From Limisphaerales bacterium (lineage in GTDB: Bacteria; Verrucomicrobiota; Verrucomicrobiia; Limisphaerales; UBA1412): DNA of 64,000 nt. Position 1 is the first letter of the stretch. Every line of letters begins with the position of its first letter. Location: the NCBI GenBank assembly GCA_050949405.1, contig JBMNFQ010000001.1, positions 985,160 through 1,049,159 on the forward strand. Reading direction: 5' to 3'. The notes under the pieces were generated by a model that was not told the DNA's origin, did not search any database, and saw nothing but the letters and a program-made list of their open reading frames with translations. The position numbers and the translations under genes were made by a program. Below are positions 27,664-38,065 of the stretch, in pieces.

Positions 27664-30600
27664 ATGACCTTTTTTGATAAAGAACATTTTCTCCTGAAGA
27701 AAGTTGCTCTGCTCTGTACGCTTTTCTGCCTGGCGCTGTTGCTTGCGCCCGTCCACTTGCAGCTCTGCGCCCAGGAGGCCGAGCCCTCTCCGGAGCTCGG
27801 AACAGCCGAGGCATCATCGCACAGGGTGTTGGTCATCACCGAGCAGGGCCGGACGCTTTATGGGAAGCTTCACCCCTGGCAGACGACTTTTCAGCAGAGG
27901 CTCTTCCGGCTTTTTTCGGAAAAGCCCAATGTTTTGCTCAGCCGGTTTGATATCCCTATTGGCGCTGACGCTCCGGTCTGTGAGCTTGAGCGACTCTCGA
28001 CGGAGCTCGAAGCGATGCTTCAGCCCGGCCAGTATGACCTGGTAGTGGCCGTTCTGGAGACCCCCTGCCATATTCTGACCCAGATCGCCGAGAGGCTCCC
28101 GCCGGAGCTGCCGCTGCTCTTTTGTACAGACCGTGACTGGAGCGCACGGATAAAGGCGCATCATCCCAATGTGAGCTTTATAGAGGCTCGGCGGATGCCG
28201 CTGGAGACGGTGAGGCTGGCTCTGACCCTGCAGCCCCAAACGCGGCAGATACTCTTCATCTCCAACGATACAACCCATAATGAAGAGCTGGAAGAGCTGG
28301 TCGGGCCGGCATCTGCCTATAGAGATTGCAAAATCACTTTTCTCTCGAAGGAGGGGCGGAGTATGGATGAGCTGCTGGAGGCTGTGGCCGGGCTGCCGGA
28401 GCGCTCTCTGGTTGTGCTTGATGCCTTGGAAGCGCCTGGCACTTCCCCTTTGGGGCTGAGCCCGCTCCTGGCGCTCGAGATTGCCAGGCAAGCCGCTACC
28501 GTGCCCTGCTTCGCCACTTCGCAGCTCCCTCTGCATATGGGCGCCGTGGGCGGCTATGGAGTGCCTGCCATGGAGTTTGCCGATGCGACCAGCCTCCAGA
28601 TACAGAGAGTGCTTGAGCAGGGCAATGCCGTTGACGTGATGCCGCTGGTTCCCGACCATATCGCCCTGGTGGATATCTCCGTGGCTCTGGAACATGGTCT
28701 CAAAGTGGATGAGCTGCCGGCGGATGCCAGAAAACTCTTTGAGCCGCCGCCCTATTGGAACCCGAGCTACAAAACCCTCGTCGTTGCGTTTACTTTGTTG
28801 GCGATTACGTTGGTTTCTCTGCTGGCGATGTTCCTCATTTACAAGCGCTACCGTCATTTTACACGGCAGGCCATGGCCATTTTCAAGGAGCTGCCGGTGC
28901 GGGTGAGCGTGATTGATCGCCAGAATAATCTCCTCTTTTGCCAGATTGAGCGCGGTTTGCGTGACCCTGCCGCCCCCGTGCCGCGGCATATCAGCTACTT
29001 CAAAGATATCTCCCCCGAAGAGGTGGCCAATACGGTTGCCTGGGTGGTGGAAACCCGTGAGCCGACCACCATTCATCATGTCGAGAATGGGAAAAAACGG
29101 GTGGTTACCTGCTCGCCGCTGGAGAAAGCCGTTTTTGGGACCGATGCCATCGTCGCTGTCTCCCAGGATGTCAGCGAGGTTGAAAAGGCGCGCAGCAAGG
29201 CCGAGGAACTGGCTGAACAGCACCGGATTATCCTGGAGGCGGTGGATGACGGTCTGATGATGACCGATGTGGAGGGGAAGATCATCCTGATGAACCGACT
29301 GGCGGCGGAGCTGACCGGTTGGCGCCGCCTGGAAGTGGTTGGAAAGCAGCTTGAGGAGGTGCTCCAGTTGGAGGATAGCAGCACGGGCAAGCCGTTCCCA
29401 TCGCCGGTTCACAAGGTGCTGCAGGATAAGCGGGAGTACTCCCGCAATGAGTCCGCGATTTTGGTTTCCAAAAAAGGCGAGCGCTATCATCTGGCCCACG
29501 GCGCTTTCCCTGTGGGCGATAGCGATGGCAGTTTTACCGGTGTCGTTATCGTTTTCAGGGATATTACCGAGGAGTATCAGAACCGGAGCCAGGTCGTTTC
29601 CGCATTGCAAACGTTCAAGTTCGCCACCAAGCTGGCCAATCTCTCCTCCTTCCACTATGACCCGGCTAAGGGTTTTGAGCTCGAAGGGGATAAAGAGAGC
29701 TTCAACTGGGCCTACCGAGAGGGTCAACCAATCAATGTGGAAGAGTGGATTATCCCCGAAGACCTGGAGAAATTCAAAGCCGCCTGGGAGCAACTGATTG
29801 ACGGAAAGAGCGATGAGCTCACTCTCTCCTATCGCTCCAACTACACAGGCTCCCTGCGCTACTACACGATGATGGCCTCCGCCTGGCAGCAGGAGGGGAG
29901 CAGAGAGCGCCGGATATTCGGAGTGATTCAGGACCTGACCCATATTGGCGAGAGCGAACGCAAGCTTCACGATACGAGCCAGCTCTTTGAAACGATCATG
30001 GAGCGGCTCTCCTGCTACGTCTATGCGCGCGATATCGATGATGATTTTCGCTATATTCTGGAGAACCAGCGCCTGCGCGATTTCTTCGCCCAGTTTGGAG
30101 CCGATGTCCATGACAAAACGATCTATGACCTGAATGACAAACTTGCCCAAAACGAGCTCTACAAGGTCAATCTCGATACGGTGGTGGAGGGCAAAACGGC
30201 AGAGCGCACCGCAACGATCACCGATAAAGAGGGTCAGGAGCATATACTGAAGATTCTCGAGACGCAGATTCGCCAGTCTGATGGCCGGCGCCTGCTCCTG
30301 GGCGTGGCGGTGGATGTCACCGAACTCAGGGAGACTCAGAAGCGCGAGGGGGAGACCAGGGAATTCCTGCAGCTCATTCTCGATTATCTGCCGGCCTGCG
30401 TTTCCGCCAAGGATGTGGAGGATGAGTTCCGCTATGTTATCTGGAACAAGGAGCTTGAGCGGCATACGGGACTGAATGCCGAAGAGGTGCGTGGGAAGAC
30501 TGACTTTGAGATTGACGCCTACCCGGGCTTCGCTGAGGATTTCCGTCGGATGGATGAGCAGGTGGCCGGCCTGGGCCGGCCGATGCAGTTCGTGGTCGAT

Positions 30601-32838
30601 TGCGTCAGCGCCAAAGGAGAGCCATTGACCTATAACAGCTACAAAATGCCGATTCGTAACCACGAAGGCAAAGAGCTGCTTTTGGAGCTTAGCCTGGATA
30701 TCAGCCGCGAGAAAAAGCTCGAGCGTGAGCGCATTGATATGATCAAGCGGCTCAATGACCTCCTGGAGAGCGGCCATATTGTCAATGAGTGCCTGAGGCG
30801 GATTACGCTGGAGGAGAATTTTGAAAAGGTTGTCCGGGAGATGCTTGGCGTGATCGGTGACAGCGGCGGGGCTGATCGCTGCTACGTCTACGAATACCGC
30901 CCAGGGGAGAAAAAAGCCAAATGCCTCTTCGAGTGGACCCGCAGCGGCCTGGAGGATGCCTCCGCCAGAGAGATACATCCGAGCATATTGATGGATGAGC
31001 TGAGCTCCTGGAGTGAGCTCCTGGAGCGAAAGGAGGAGATCGTTATCCGCGATGTCTCCAATCCGCCGGAAAACCTCAAAGATATTTCCCATCTTCTGCA
31101 GGAGCGCAACGCCAAATCAATGATCGCCAGCGGTATCTGGGTGGATGGGAAGCTCTGGGGCTTCATCGGTCTGGATTTTGTGCTGCGTCGGCGAGATATC
31201 AACAAAGATGACCTGCGCACCATCCATAATGCGGTTAACCTCTTCCAGTTGGCCCATGAGCGCAACCGCCGTAAAAATGCCCTGGCAGAGGGCTCCTTCC
31301 GCCAGAGGCAGATTTTCGACCATATCGATATTCCGATCGCTCTTTTTGATATCCAGTGCAATGTCATTATCTCCAACCCGAGCTACAACAGCTTGATGAA
31401 GCAGGAAGACAGCAACAGCATTTGCAAAGAGTACATAGGCAGGCTCTCCAGCCAGAGTGGCGGGCCAGGTTCCGCCCCCATCCCCACGCGAAGCAAGGTG
31501 GAGGCGCTGGGGCGCCACCAGTTGGAACTGGTCCGGTATGCGGAGCGCGAATACGTGGTGAACCTGCAGCCGATTTTTGACCGGCAGGACCGCCTGGCTC
31601 TGATATTGGAAACAGCCGTCGATGTCACCGATATCAATGAAAGCAAACGCCAGTTGGAGACTGCCATGCAGGCGGCCCTGGCCGCGGACCGCGCCAAGAG
31701 CTACTTCCTGGCAACCATGAGCCATGAGCTGAGGACCCCGCTCAACGCGGTGATCGGCTTTAGTGAACTGCTCCAGACGAGCGTCCTCTCAGATGAACAG
31801 CAGAAAGATTACCTGCAATCGATTCACGTGGCCGGCAATGCCCTTCTGAGCCTCATTAACGACGTCCTGGATTTATCAAAGATCGAAGCCGACCAGACCC
31901 AGATCACCCCCCGCAAAACCGCGCTCATCCTGCTCATGGACGAGATTGAGGCGATCTTCCGCAAAAAAGCAGAGGCAAAAGGGCTCGCCCTGGAGGTCTA
32001 CTGCCCGCCAGAGCTGCCGATGCTCTACCTGGATATATTGCGCCTGCGCCAGATATTGCTGAACCTGACCGGCAACGCCATCAAGTTTACCCACGAGGGG
32101 AAGGTGAAGCTCAGGGTCGACTTCCAGGAAACCGATGATACCTATGGAGCGCTGAGGCTGATCGTTGCCGATACCGGCATCGGCGTAAAGAAGGAGTACC
32201 AGGAGAAAATCTTCGAGCCGTTTGTCCAGCAGGACAGCATCAGGGGCGGCCGCACTTATGAGGGGACCGGCCTGGGACTGCCGATCTCGCAGCGCCTGGC
32301 CCAGAAAATGGGCGGGGAGCTGCTCCTGGAAAGCGAGGAAGACAAGGGAAGCACCTTCACTATTTTGCTGGAGCGGGTTCAGTATGAAAAGCAGAGTCCT
32401 GACCGTGCGCACTCTTCGCCCCTGCCGCAGCCGGTCCTGGCAGCCTTGCCGGAGGGTTATCTGGTTCTGCTGGTCGATGACGTAGAGATGAACGTGCAGG
32501 TTTTGGCCTCAGCTTTGAAGAATCTCGGCGTCGCCACCAAGATGGCCTCTTCGGGCGAGGAGGCGTTGAAAATTTTGGAGGAATACGCTCCGCAGTTGGT
32601 GATGACGGACGTCTGGATGCCCGGGATGGATGGAAGCGAGCTGGCCAGGAGCATTCGCCGCAACCCGCGCTGGGACTCGGTGAAGATCGTGGCCGTGACG
32701 GCGGATACTGAGGTGGGGCACAGCTTTAACATGAAGCACTTTGACGATGTGCTGCTGAAGCCACTGACGCTGAAGAAGATTTTGGCTTTCTTCCACAAGC
32801 TCTATTTGCCCGAAGCCGAAGAAGCAGAAGAAGAGTAG
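27664..32838 (+). CDS. Hybrid sensor histidine kinase (periplasmic binding-protein-like sensor, multiple PAS, GAF, HisKA, HATPase, REC)
   Basis: MSHELRTPLNAV, NLTGNAIKFT, DTGIGV, GTGLGL, LLVDD...MTDVWMP. Confidence 0.95.
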   Translation: MTFFDKEHFLLKKVALLCTLFCLALLLAPVHLQLCAQEAEPSPELGTAEASSHRVLVITEQGRTLYGKLHPWQTTFQQRLFRLFSEKPNVLLSRFDIPIGADAPVCELERLSTELEAMLQPGQYDLVVAVLETPCHILTQIAERLPPELPLLFCTDRDWSARIKAHHPNVSFIEARRMPLETVRLALTLQPQTRQILFISNDTTHNEELEELVGPASAYRDCKITFLSKEGRSMDELLEAVAGLPERSLVVLDALEAPGTSPLGLSPLLALEIARQAATVPCFATSQLPLHMGAVGGYGVPAMEFADATSLQIQRVLEQGNAVDVMPLVPDHIALVDISVALEHGLKVDELPADARKLFEPPPYWNPSYKTLVVAFTLLAITLVSLLAMFLIYKRYRHFTRQAMAIFKELPVRVSVIDRQNNLLFCQIERGLRDPAAPVPRHISYFKDISPEEVANTVAWVVETREPTTIHHVENGKKRVVTCSPLEKAVFGTDAIVAVSQDVSEVEKARSKAEELAEQHRIILEAVDDGLMMTDVEGKIILMNRLAAELTGWRRLEVVGKQLEEVLQLEDSSTGKPFPSPVHKVLQDKREYSRNESAILVSKKGERYHLAHGAFPVGDSDGSFTGVVIVFRDITEEYQNRSQVVSALQTFKFATKLANLSSFHYDPAKGFELEGDKESFNWAYREGQPINVEEWIIPEDLEKFKAAWEQLIDGKSDELTLSYRSNYTGSLRYYTMMASAWQQEGSRERRIFGVIQDLTHIGESERKLHDTSQLFETIMERLSCYVYARDIDDDFRYILENQRLRDFFAQFGADVHDKTIYDLNDKLAQNELYKVNLDTVVEGKTAERTATITDKEGQEHILKILETQIRQSDGRRLLLGVAVDVTELRETQKREGETREFLQLILDYLPACVSAKDVEDEFRYVIWNKELERHTGLNAEEVRGKTDFEIDAYPGFAEDFRRMDEQVAGLGRPMQFVVDCVSAKGEPLTYNSYKMPIRNHEGKELLLELSLDISREKKLERERIDMIKRLNDLLESGHIVNECLRRITLEENFEKVVREMLGVIGDSGGADRCYVYEYRPGEKKAKCLFEWTRSGLEDASAREIHPSILMDELSSWSELLERKEEIVIRDVSNPPENLKDISHLLQERNAKSMIASGIWVDGKLWGFIGLDFVLRRRDINKDDLRTIHNAVNLFQLAHERNRRKNALAEGSFRQRQIFDHIDIPIALFDIQCNVIISNPSYNSLMKQEDSNSICKEYIGRLSSQSGGPGSAPIPTRSKVEALGRHQLELVRYAEREYVVNLQPIFDRQDRLALILETAVDVTDINESKRQLETAMQAALAADRAKSYFLATMSHELRTPLNAVIGFSELLQTSVLSDEQQKDYLQSIHVAGNALLSLINDVLDLSKIEADQTQITPRKTALILLMDEIEAIFRKKAEAKGLALEVYCPPELPMLYLDILRLRQILLNLTGNAIKFTHEGKVKLRVDFQETDDTYGALRLIVADTGIGVKKEYQEKIFEPFVQQDSIRGGRTYEGTGLGLPISQRLAQKMGGELLLESEEDKGSTFTILLERVQYEKQSPDRAHSSPLPQPVLAALPEGYLVLLVDDVEMNVQVLASALKNLGVATKMASSGEEALKILEEYAPQLVMTDVWMPGMDGSELARSIRRNPRWDSVKIVAVTADTEVGHSFNMKHFDDVLLKPLTLKKILAFFHKLYLPEAEEAEEE

Positions 32839-32932
32839 GGGGGCTCAGAACTCTAAAAAAATCAGATCGACTGTGGGATTGATTCCTCCGGTCGAGCTGG
32901 TTTTGGTGTTGGTTTCGATTGATGCAGGTCTC

Positions 32933-33676
32933 TCAGGCTTCCAGTGTGGCGAGGGTTTCGGGGTCGCGAACGTCCACCCAGCGGCCTTCGATCTGTTGGC
33001 CCGCCAGCAGGAGGTTATTCTCGTAGTGAGCCGCGATGGCATCGGTCAATTCATACTCGCCGCGCGGTGACTTCTTCAATTTGGCGGTGAATTCAAAAAG
33101 AATCGGTTTGAAGATATAGATACCGGCATTGTACCAGACCGGCGCCCCCTCCTTAATCCATCCCTCTTCGCGGAGCCCTTCGAGCTCTTCGAGCGAAGGT
33201 TTCTCCACCAGACGGTTCAGGCAGAAGTTTTTATCAAAGAAGAGCAGCCCGCCTTTGGTGACATCCTCGCCCGCAATCACGGTCAGGAGCCCCTCATAAG
33301 GGCCGCTGCAGTAGCGCTTGATCATCCGGCTGTAGGTCTCGGGCCGGACCAGTATATCGCCATAGGTCAGGAGGAAGTCCTCCTGCCCCACGAAATCCCT
33401 GGCCAGCTCCGCCGCCTTGCCGGTACCGTTCTGGGCAGTCTGGCGGACGTATTGAATGGTGATCCCCAGCTCGGTTCCGTCGCCGAAATAGTTTTCGATG
33501 ACTTCGGCCTGCCAGCCGGTGATGATGCAAAAATCGGTGATGCCGTTGCTTTTGAGCCCTTCGACGATGTGCATCAAAATCGGTTTACCCTGCACTTTGA
33601 GCATCGGCTTGGGGCAACTGTTGGTGAGCTCGCGCATACGGGTTCCTTTGCCCGCAGCCAGAATGACAGCCTTCAT
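32933..33676 (-). CDS. Sugar-phosphate nucleotidyltransferase
   Basis: MKAVILAAGKGTRM, PKPML, YGD, LVEKP, RGEYELTDA; start set at ATG 33676. Confidence 0.9.
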   Translation of the reverse strand: MKAVILAAGKGTRMRELTNSCPKPMLKVQGKPILMHIVEGLKSNGITDFCIITGWQAEVIENYFGDGTELGITIQYVRQTAQNGTGKAAELARDFVGQEDFLLTYGDILVRPETYSRMIKRYCSGPYEGLLTVIAGEDVTKGGLLFFDKNFCLNRLVEKPSLEELEGLREEGWIKEGAPVWYNAGIYIFKPILFEFTAKLKKSPRGEYELTDAIAAHYENNLLLAGQQIEGRWVDVRDPETLATLEA

Positions 33677-33791
33677 TATGAGTGAGCGAAGAATTCTAAA
33701 ATCTAAATAATCCAAAAAACCATTGGGGGGATGCTCTCCATTTAAAAAGCATCCCCACAAAGTCTCATTTTAAAGAACAGTGAGCCGCCGG

Positions 33792-35015
33792 CTAAGCGCC
33801 GAACTTTTCGAGCATTCCGGCATTGGCTTGAATGTAACGGATGAGGTCCTTGGCCGGGAAGACTCCCAGCGAGCCCAGGTTCGCACCCGTATCGGTGAAG
33901 CGCTCCAGTTTATCGGAGCCGGAGAACTGAGAGTGAATCAGAACCGGCTGCGGATGCCAGGAGTGCGCCTTCATTGGTGTTGGAGTCGAGTGGTCGCCGG
34001 TGACGACGATCACGTCGGGTTTCTTCTCCATCAGGATGGGCAGAGCGGCGTCGAACTCTTCGACAGCCTTGACCTTGGCGTCGTAGTTGCCGTCTTCCCC
34101 GTATTTATCGGTGTACTTGAAGTGGATAAAGAAGAAATCGTACTCATCATACACCTTCTTGTAAATTTCGAATTGCTCGGCAATTGTCTGAGCATCTCCC
34201 ACCTTGTCCATTCCCACCAGTTGGGCCAGCCCCTTGTACATCGGATAAACGGCGATACAGGCCGGCTTCAGGTTGTAGCGTTGCTCAAAGAGGGGTATCT
34301 CGGGCTGATGCGCAATGCCGCGCAGGAGGAACCCATTGGCCGGCTTCTCCTTGGCCAGGATCGGCAGAGCCAGCTTGTAAAACTCATTGAATACCTTGGC
34401 GGCCTTTTTGACCTTGGCGCTCTTGGAGTGCCTGGGTGCTACCGGAGGTATTGGTAAACCGACCTTCTGAGGGTCGGAATCGGTGAGCGGGCCTTCCATC
34501 CCCTTGCCACGCAGGATCACCACGAAACGGTGCTCTTTGCCTGGCGTGATGATGACTTCCACTTCTCCGATTTTTTTGATCTTGGCGCTCAGCATGGCGC
34601 AGAGCCTCTCGCATGTTTCGGTGGGGATGCGGCCGGCACGGCGGTCGGTCACAATCCCTTTGGCATCGAGCGTGCAGAAGTTGGCGCGTGCAGCCACGTC
34701 TCCGGCCTGAAGCTCAAGGCCCAGACCGAGCGCTTCGATGACGCCGCGACCCACTTCGAACTCCAGCGGGTCATAACCAAATAAACCGAGGTGACCTGGT
34801 CCGCTGCCCGGGGTGATGCCCGGCGCCACAGGGGTCATACGGCCCTGGGCCGAATCTTTGGCCAAGGCATCCAGGTTGGGGGTCCTGGCAGCTTCCAGCG
34901 GTGTGAGGTAATTGTTTTCTTTAATGGCGATATCGCCGACACCATCCATTACCAGAAGAGCAATTTTACCTTGGGGTTTGCCAGTGAGTTCTTGATATAC
35001 AGCATCCAGATTCAT
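33792..35015 (-). CDS. apgM: 2,3-bisphosphoglycerate-independent phosphoglycerate mutase (archaeal type)
   Basis: VMDGVGD, PGSGPGHLGLFGYDP, GRGVIEALG, TGDHSTP, HSWHPQP. Confidence 0.92.
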   Translation of the reverse strand: MNLDAVYQELTGKPQGKIALLVMDGVGDIAIKENNYLTPLEAARTPNLDALAKDSAQGRMTPVAPGITPGSGPGHLGLFGYDPLEFEVGRGVIEALGLGLELQAGDVAARANFCTLDAKGIVTDRRAGRIPTETCERLCAMLSAKIKKIGEVEVIITPGKEHRFVVILRGKGMEGPLTDSDPQKVGLPIPPVAPRHSKSAKVKKAAKVFNEFYKLALPILAKEKPANGFLLRGIAHQPEIPLFEQRYNLKPACIAVYPMYKGLAQLVGMDKVGDAQTIAEQFEIYKKVYDEYDFFFIHFKYTDKYGEDGNYDAKVKAVEEFDAALPILMEKKPDVIVVTGDHSTPTPMKAHSWHPQPVLIHSQFSGSDKLERFTDTGANLGSLGVFPAKDLIRYIQANAGMLEKFGA

Positions 35016-35209
35016 ATATTTTTATTTTCCTGAAGTTCTTGTTGAGGCGGCTGTCAGATAGGAGCCGAGGAATTCTGCCTCAACAACACCGCTATGCTCT
35101 CACAAAACCCGAGGGGCGTCAACCGGCTTTTTCACCTGTCTCTCTCTATAAAAAAGACCTCCCTGACCGAAAAACATAACCCACCGAACGCAAACGGAAG
35201 AAGAACAGG

Positions 35210-35385
35210 AACCACGGATAAACACGGATGAACACGGAATTGTGAAGTGCCCTCCGGAGCGTTGCAGATCATTCTCTGAGTGTTTTTTAACGCATTGACC
35301 TGGATATTGTAGTTCTCATTGTGCACATATCTTTAAAGACTACCCGCCACAAAACATCAGTGTCTATCCGTGTCCATCCGTGGTT
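35210..35385. repeat. Dispersed inverted-repeat element, copy A
   Basis: Ends AACCACGGATAAACACGGATGAACAC / GTGTCTATCCGTGTCCATCCGTGGTT (22/26 complementary); core is the reverse complement of copies B and D. Confidence 0.9.
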
Positions 35386-35726
35386 ACTCTTTCGGTTCCT
35401 GTTCCCTGCTCATTGGTGGTTTCAATGTGAAATGCGTTCTGGTTATATTACCATTCTGGGGGATTGACAGCTTGGGACAAATCTGAGAAACTGACCCAAA
35501 GTTTATGAGTATTTTTACTTATACGATTCCAAAGTTTGACCAGGCTGTTAAAGCAAGGAATGTTGCTATACTCTATGCAATGCAAGAGGTAGAAGGTAAA
35601 CCTTGGAATGGAGGCACAATTTCTCAGGAGGAGGATGGTCATGCATCATCCCCACCCAAGAAAAGAGTGTAAAATAAAGAGCTGATCATACTGTAATAAA
35701 TTTAATTATTAGTGAAATAGAGAAGA

Positions 35727-36650
35727 ATGATGAATCAAAAAAACTCAAGACAAGGCGTGTATTTACTCTTGATGCTGCTTGTTCCAGTGTTATTGATTGT
35801 TCTTTTTTCTGTTAAAAATCGTTTTAGTCACGACATCCCGTTCAACATACATGAGACGAGAAGCATACTGCTATCATGGGAAAAATTATATTTTGTGCCA
35901 ATTTCTGACAATAAGAAATTGCTTTCTTACTTAAAGAGTGTGCCCATATCGGGCGAAGAATCGCTTTCTCCGATTCAGAAGGACACGTTATTTTCTTCTA
36001 TTGTGACGATGTGCGATGCCTACAGCCGCGGAACATACGATGCCTATAAGAAATTCCGAATTCCAGAGGGGATTCCTTATGAACTTAATGAGACAGAATG
36101 GGAGAAAATCGCAATGGATTGGTATCAATCTCATCCGAAATCTGCTCCAAGTGAGATCCCAAACGATTTGGAATTGTTTCGATGGTACGTTCTTACACAG
36201 AGCAAGGGAACATGTTATAATGATTATTGGCAAAAGATTTGCCTGGATAGCCGCAATATTTATAAAAAACTGGGCACCAAAAGTTTGCTGGATCAGGAAG
36301 CCCGTGCCGGTATTTATGTAAGCCGGGACTTTTTGTGGAACATGAATAACGGGGCGGGGAACTTTTATAACATGTTCACAGCCAGTGGGATTTTAAACGT
36401 TGGACCTTTTTTTAAGTTTTATCCCAATGGAATGGAAGATTTAGATTCTTTTGTATTTGAAAAAGTTTTATCCGTCAGCCTCTATTTTTTTGTAAAACCT
36501 TCACCGCCGGAACCGGTAATATCTCTGGCAGTGCAATGGGTTTGGGATGAACAAACAACCCAGTGGATTCCGATGAGCATGGTTCGGGGAGACTGGATGG
36601 CCATGGAAAACCCTGAATTTTCTAAATCCGGAAGATCTTTTGTGTTTTAA
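35727..36650 (+). CDS. Hypothetical membrane-anchored/exported protein, paralog 1
   Basis: 307-aa ORF in an AT-rich block, N-terminal hydrophobic helix, motifs shared with the next gene. Confidence 0.8.
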   Translation: MMNQKNSRQGVYLLLMLLVPVLLIVLFSVKNRFSHDIPFNIHETRSILLSWEKLYFVPISDNKKLLSYLKSVPISGEESLSPIQKDTLFSSIVTMCDAYSRGTYDAYKKFRIPEGIPYELNETEWEKIAMDWYQSHPKSAPSEIPNDLELFRWYVLTQSKGTCYNDYWQKICLDSRNIYKKLGTKSLLDQEARAGIYVSRDFLWNMNNGAGNFYNMFTASGILNVGPFFKFYPNGMEDLDSFVFEKVLSVSLYFFVKPSPPEPVISLAVQWVWDEQTTQWIPMSMVRGDWMAMENPEFSKSGRSFVF

Positions 36651-36684
36651 TTGAATATAATATTACAGCTTATAAAAAAATTTT

Positions 36685-37686
36685 ATGAAAAGAATCTATT
36701 TTTTATCTAAAATTTTATTTTTGATGTTTTTGGTTTTTAATATTTTTATTTTTACGGAAGATTCTCAATCAGAAGACCTTAATAAAGAATATCAAGCCAA
36801 GTTGGAAGCTATACACCAGGATAAAATGAAAATATTAGCCCGGTGGAAAGAATTGCCATATGAGACAATTTCAACTAACAGTTCATTTAAGGAATATATC
36901 GACAATATTGAATTTCAAGGTGAAATGCTTGAAGATTTGACAGAAGATCAATCCGAAAAACTTCGGGCGAGTTTATACAATATGTTCCTTGCCTACAATC
37001 AAGGAGATTTAAAAACATATTTAAAATTTCGGACACCACAGGGACCTGAGTGGAAATTAGAATATAATCTCTTGTGCAACTGGCTTGCAAAAGAAGGAAA
37101 GAGAGCAGATACAAACAATGAAAACCTTCATTTAACTTATGAAATATTAAGGGATGAAATTATTTTTAAAGCCTCCGGAGGCGATTATTATAAAGATTTT
37201 TGGGTGGGAGTTTGCATGGATGCTGTTGATATGGAATCCCATTTGGATAAAATTGAAAAAAATATCCCTTTAAATTTCGGGGTTGAAATTAAGAGAATAA
37301 GTGAGTTTAGTGTCTTTACAAGCGACATACGAATGACGTTGGATAAAAACAGGGAGGAATACTACCGTCTGGTAAAAGAAGAGGACAGAGTGGAGGCGGA
37401 GAAGTATCGTTACTGGCCCTTGGAATTTTCTGTTGTTCAAAACCCGTGTTTTAGAGAGACTGCCCCGATGAGGGAGACCTTCAGGAAAACTCATGACTTC
37501 CTTTTAGCCGATGTTTACTGTTTTGTAAAAAGAAAGGAACCGCTTCCTGCCATTCCGATACTGGCTCGTTTTTATTGGAATGAGTCATATCAAAACTGGT
37601 TGCCGCTTGGATTCGCCAGAGGATATCTTGAAAAAATGCCGGATCAATTCCCTGCAGGCTCAAAGGTCATTTTAGAGATATTCTAA
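36685..37686 (+). CDS. Hypothetical exported protein, paralog 2
   Basis: 333-aa ORF with a signal peptide; AYNQGDLKTYLKFRTP vs AYSRGTYDAYKKFRIP in paralog 1. Confidence 0.8.
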   Translation: MKRIYFLSKILFLMFLVFNIFIFTEDSQSEDLNKEYQAKLEAIHQDKMKILARWKELPYETISTNSSFKEYIDNIEFQGEMLEDLTEDQSEKLRASLYNMFLAYNQGDLKTYLKFRTPQGPEWKLEYNLLCNWLAKEGKRADTNNENLHLTYEILRDEIIFKASGGDYYKDFWVGVCMDAVDMESHLDKIEKNIPLNFGVEIKRISEFSVFTSDIRMTLDKNREEYYRLVKEEDRVEAEKYRYWPLEFSVVQNPCFRETAPMRETFRKTHDFLLADVYCFVKRKEPLPAIPILARFYWNESYQNWLPLGFARGYLEKMPDQFPAGSKVILEIF

Positions 37687-37756
37687 ACACTTTTGAAATG
37701 CCGCCTTGCCTCAAAAACAGGCACACCGAAAGGGGCATCCACAGGCTTCTGTAAGA

Positions 37757-37931
37757 AACCACGGATAAACACGGATGAACACCGATGTTTTGTGCCGGGT
37801 AATCTTTAACGGAATATGCACAATGAGACCCGCAATATCCAGGTCAATGCGGTAAAAGCACTCAGAGAATTACCCAGAACGCTCCGGAGGGCACTTCACA
37901 ATTCCGTGTTTATCCGTGTCTATCCGTGGTT
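37757..37931. repeat. Dispersed inverted-repeat element, copy B
   Basis: Same termini and core (CCAGGTCAATGCGGTAAAAGCACTCAGAGAAT...CGCTCCGGAGGGCACTTCACAATTCC), inverted relative to A. Confidence 0.9.
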
Positions 37932-38065
37932 ACTCTTTCGGTTCTTGTTCCCTGTCCAGCCGTGTGCATCCGTGGTTCCTTCCCGTGGTTTCAAAAGAAG
38001 GGGTGCGATGGCGGGCGGCGGTTATGAAGTTGGATTTGGGAGGGGTTGCGGGCATAATGGGTGCG

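Noticed and set aside
27814-31092. 1092-aa antisense ORF opposite the second kinase
   Set aside because: It is exactly in codon register with the sense gene; it stays open because TTA/CTA/TCA codons are rare in these GC-rich genes. No protein motifs.
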